Shown here: positions 52,200-53,442 of the stretch, one piece after another | Numbering within the stretch: the stretch's first letter is position 1 | Layout of the letters: each line of letters begins with the position of its first letter | Source: Candidatus Falkowbacteria bacterium CG1_02_37_21 | GTDB lineage: Bacteria > Patescibacteriota > Patescibacteriia > Patescibacteriales > UBA12465 | Assembly (NCBI GenBank): GCA_001871165.1 | Contig: MNUT01000017.1 | Coordinates: 1 to 53,442 of the forward strand | DNA length: 53,442 nt | Direction: 5' to 3' | Translations under genes and position numbers: made by a program | The notes under the pieces: generated by a model | Seen by the model: only the letters and a program-made list of their open reading frames with translations | Told to the model about the DNA's origin: nothing | The model's database searches: none

Positions 52200-53303
52200 T
52201 TACTTGGTACTAGTTGTTAATAAATTAACAACATTTTTAGTTATATCATCCCAATTATATTCCTTATTTACTCTGATTGCCGCCGAACGACCAAACTTTT
52301 CCGTTTGCTCCGGGTTCGCTAATAAATATTGAAGCTTTTTTTGCAAATCAACACTATCATTAACTCTAAAAGTTAAACCGGTATCAGCAATGCCTTCTAA
52401 ATTCTGTGGGATGTCGCTCACTAAACAAGCTAAACCCCAGCTCATCGCTTCCAGTAGCGCTAAAGACAAGCCTTCATATTCCGAAGGTTGCACAAACAAA
52501 TAGGCGTTAGAGAATAATTCCTGTAACGTTTCACCGTCTTGATTACCGGTCAAAATAATTCTATCGTCATCACATGCTAATTTTTGCAACTCTTGAACAT
52601 ATTTATCAGTATGAGCTGAGCCACCGACAATAACTAATTTTTTAGTAGTATCTGTCTTTTTAAAAGCATTAATCAAGTGATGAACACCTTTGTGACGCAC
52701 TAAACGACCAACGAAAACAATATAATTTCCCTGCTCTAAGCCCCAACGTGTAATATTTTTAACAGGGACTTTTGTCATCACATCAGTTCCTAAAGGAATA
52801 TAAGTCGGAGTGAAACCATATTTCTTTTCTACATATTGAACAAGATCACGAGAAATAACAATTACTTCATTCGCTAAGTGACAGCCAAGATATTCTCCGA
52901 TATGTAGCCAAGCGCGAGCCAGTCTTCCCCACTTGGCATGATAATAATCCTGACAATGGAAAGTAAATGTAATAGGGGTTCCTGGCTTAAAAATTTTTAA
53001 TAACCAAATTAAAGAAGCCGGGCCAATAGATTGTAGATTTATAACATCAACTTTTCTGAAAATTACATCTACAATAGCAAAAAAAGTATTAGTTATCGCC
53101 TCTAAACTGCGAGTATTAATACTGGGAACGGAAATTATTTTAAAACCGCGATATTCTTTTAAGCCTTGGCTATAATATTTACGGGAATATAAAAAAACTT
53201 CATGGCCAGCGCTCGCTAAATGAGCGGCCAAGTTTTCCGCATATCTTTCCACTCCACCATTTCTAGTCGGAGCGCCTTTTTGTCCGATTAATGCTATTTT
53301 CAT
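52200..53303 (-). CDS. Family 4 (GT-B, group 1) glycosyltransferase
   Basis: N-terminal KIALIGQKGAPTRNGGVERY, and C-terminal E-x7-E region PSEYEGLSLALLEAMSWG. Confidence 0.85.
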   Translation of the reverse strand: MKIALIGQKGAPTRNGGVERYAENLAAHLASAGHEVFLYSRKYYSQGLKEYRGFKIISVPSINTRSLEAITNTFFAIVDVIFRKVDVINLQSIGPASLIWLLKIFKPGTPITFTFHCQDYYHAKWGRLARAWLHIGEYLGCHLANEVIVISRDLVQYVEKKYGFTPTYIPLGTDVMTKVPVKNITRWGLEQGNYIVFVGRLVRHKGVHHLINAFKKTDTTKKLVIVGGSAHTDKYVQELQKLACDDDRIILTGNQDGETLQELFSNAYLFVQPSEYEGLSLALLEAMSWGLACLVSDIPQNLEGIADTGLTFRVNDSVDLQKKLQYLLANPEQTEKFGRSAAIRVNKEYNWDDITKNVVNLLTTSTK

Positions 53304-53322
53304 AACTTTTAGTGTTCATAAG

Positions 53323-53351
53323 ATAATATAATATATTAATAGATTTGTCAA
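53323..53351 (-). promoter_or_regulatory. Promoter of the GT4 gene
   Basis: Minus strand reads TTGACA (53351-53346), 17 nt, TATTAT (53328-53323). Confidence 0.4.
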
Positions 53352-53407
53352 GGGAAAATGGTAATGTGCACACACATATTGCACTTTTAGTGGTAATCTA
53401 GGAGCAT

Positions 53408-53442
53408 ATGTCAAAAACTATGCCCAAATCAACTAGAGACGA
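53408..53442 (+). CDS. 5' end of an unidentified gene, truncated by the window edge
   Basis: AGGAG (53400-53404) followed by ATG 53408 (MSKTMPKSTRD...). Only 11 codons are visible and the SD spacing is short. Confidence 0.25.
   Translation, partial: MSKTMPKSTRD

Noticed and set aside
45136-53303. Tyrosine recombinase plus downstream accessory-looking genes, considered as an integrated mobile element or genomic island.
   Set aside because: The recombinase has XerC/D-type motifs. I saw no flanking direct repeats, tRNA target, phage genes or transfer genes. The region contains the essential gltX, and no compositional break was obvious by eye.
14903-53351. Recurring GTCAAGGG / TGTCAA motif in intergenic regions (14903, 25905, 34577, 47069, 53346), considered as a dispersed repeat.
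   Set aside because: It is explained as the reverse complement of the -35 hexamer TTGACA/TTGACG of minus-strand promoters. Each copy has a TATAAT-like box 17 nt away.
53365-53372. 8-bp perfect palindrome TGTGCACA in the divergent region upstream of the GT4 gene.
   Set aside because: It is too short to be significant on its own. I found no second copy or partner half-site.
1-53442. Search for tRNA, rRNA, tmRNA, RNase P, SRP RNA, riboswitches, T-boxes and CRISPR arrays in all gaps over 80 nt.
   Set aside because: No gap exceeds about 310 nt. I saw no T-loop GGTTCGAATCC-like motif, no regularly spaced direct repeats with spacers, and no recognisable riboswitch core. Small novel RNAs cannot be excluded without covariance models.

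Overview
AT-rich, very gene-dense bacterial chromosome segment that uses the standard genetic code. It holds about 54 ORFs with short intergenic gaps. I found no rRNA, tRNA, CRISPR array or transposase. All product calls come from motif recognition by eye; no similarity search was possible.

Most of the content is housekeeping:
- an Rrf2 regulator plus the sufCBDSU Fe-S operon, then trxB and class I ribonucleotide reductase nrdA-nrdB
- malic enzyme, a CspA-type protein, Fe-type SOD, rpsB-tsf, gap, cca
- secE-nusG-rplK-rplA
- rsmI-metG-cvpA-tsaC-ctp-pyrG, then rpmA
- dnaX-serS, ftsQ, a Xer-type tyrosine recombinase, gltX

Sigma70-like promoters (TTGACA-17-TATAAT variants, or extended -10 TGTTATAAT) and hairpin-plus-T-run terminators are readable in most larger gaps. 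Gene content and several hypothetical proteins suggest a small-genome Patescibacteria/CPR-like organism. That placement is inference only.

Most notable observations:
1. A 7-kb minus-strand envelope cluster (46143-53303). It contains two divergent paralogous secreted proteins that look like outer-membrane beta-barrels, each with its own promoter and terminator. They are interleaved with a GT4 glycosyltransferase, an M23 peptidase, gltX and a seamless TagA/WecG-RppH (NUDIX) fusion ORF.
2. An orphan type-IV-coupling-protein-like ATPase co-oriented and tightly spaced with a ferredoxin gene, a small hypothetical gene, dnaX and serS.
3. An RNR small subunit with the full class Ic (Chlamydia-type, Phe instead of the radical Tyr) ligand signature. 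Tandem NrdR-box-like palindromes overlap the nrdA promoter.
4. A dif-like 28-mer about 70 bp upstream of an apparently leaderless xer gene, at a point where gene orientation converges.
5. Several structured or repeated regulatory regions: a candidate suf operator, a candidate rpmA leader switch, and tandem repeats abutting the rpsB and csp promoters.
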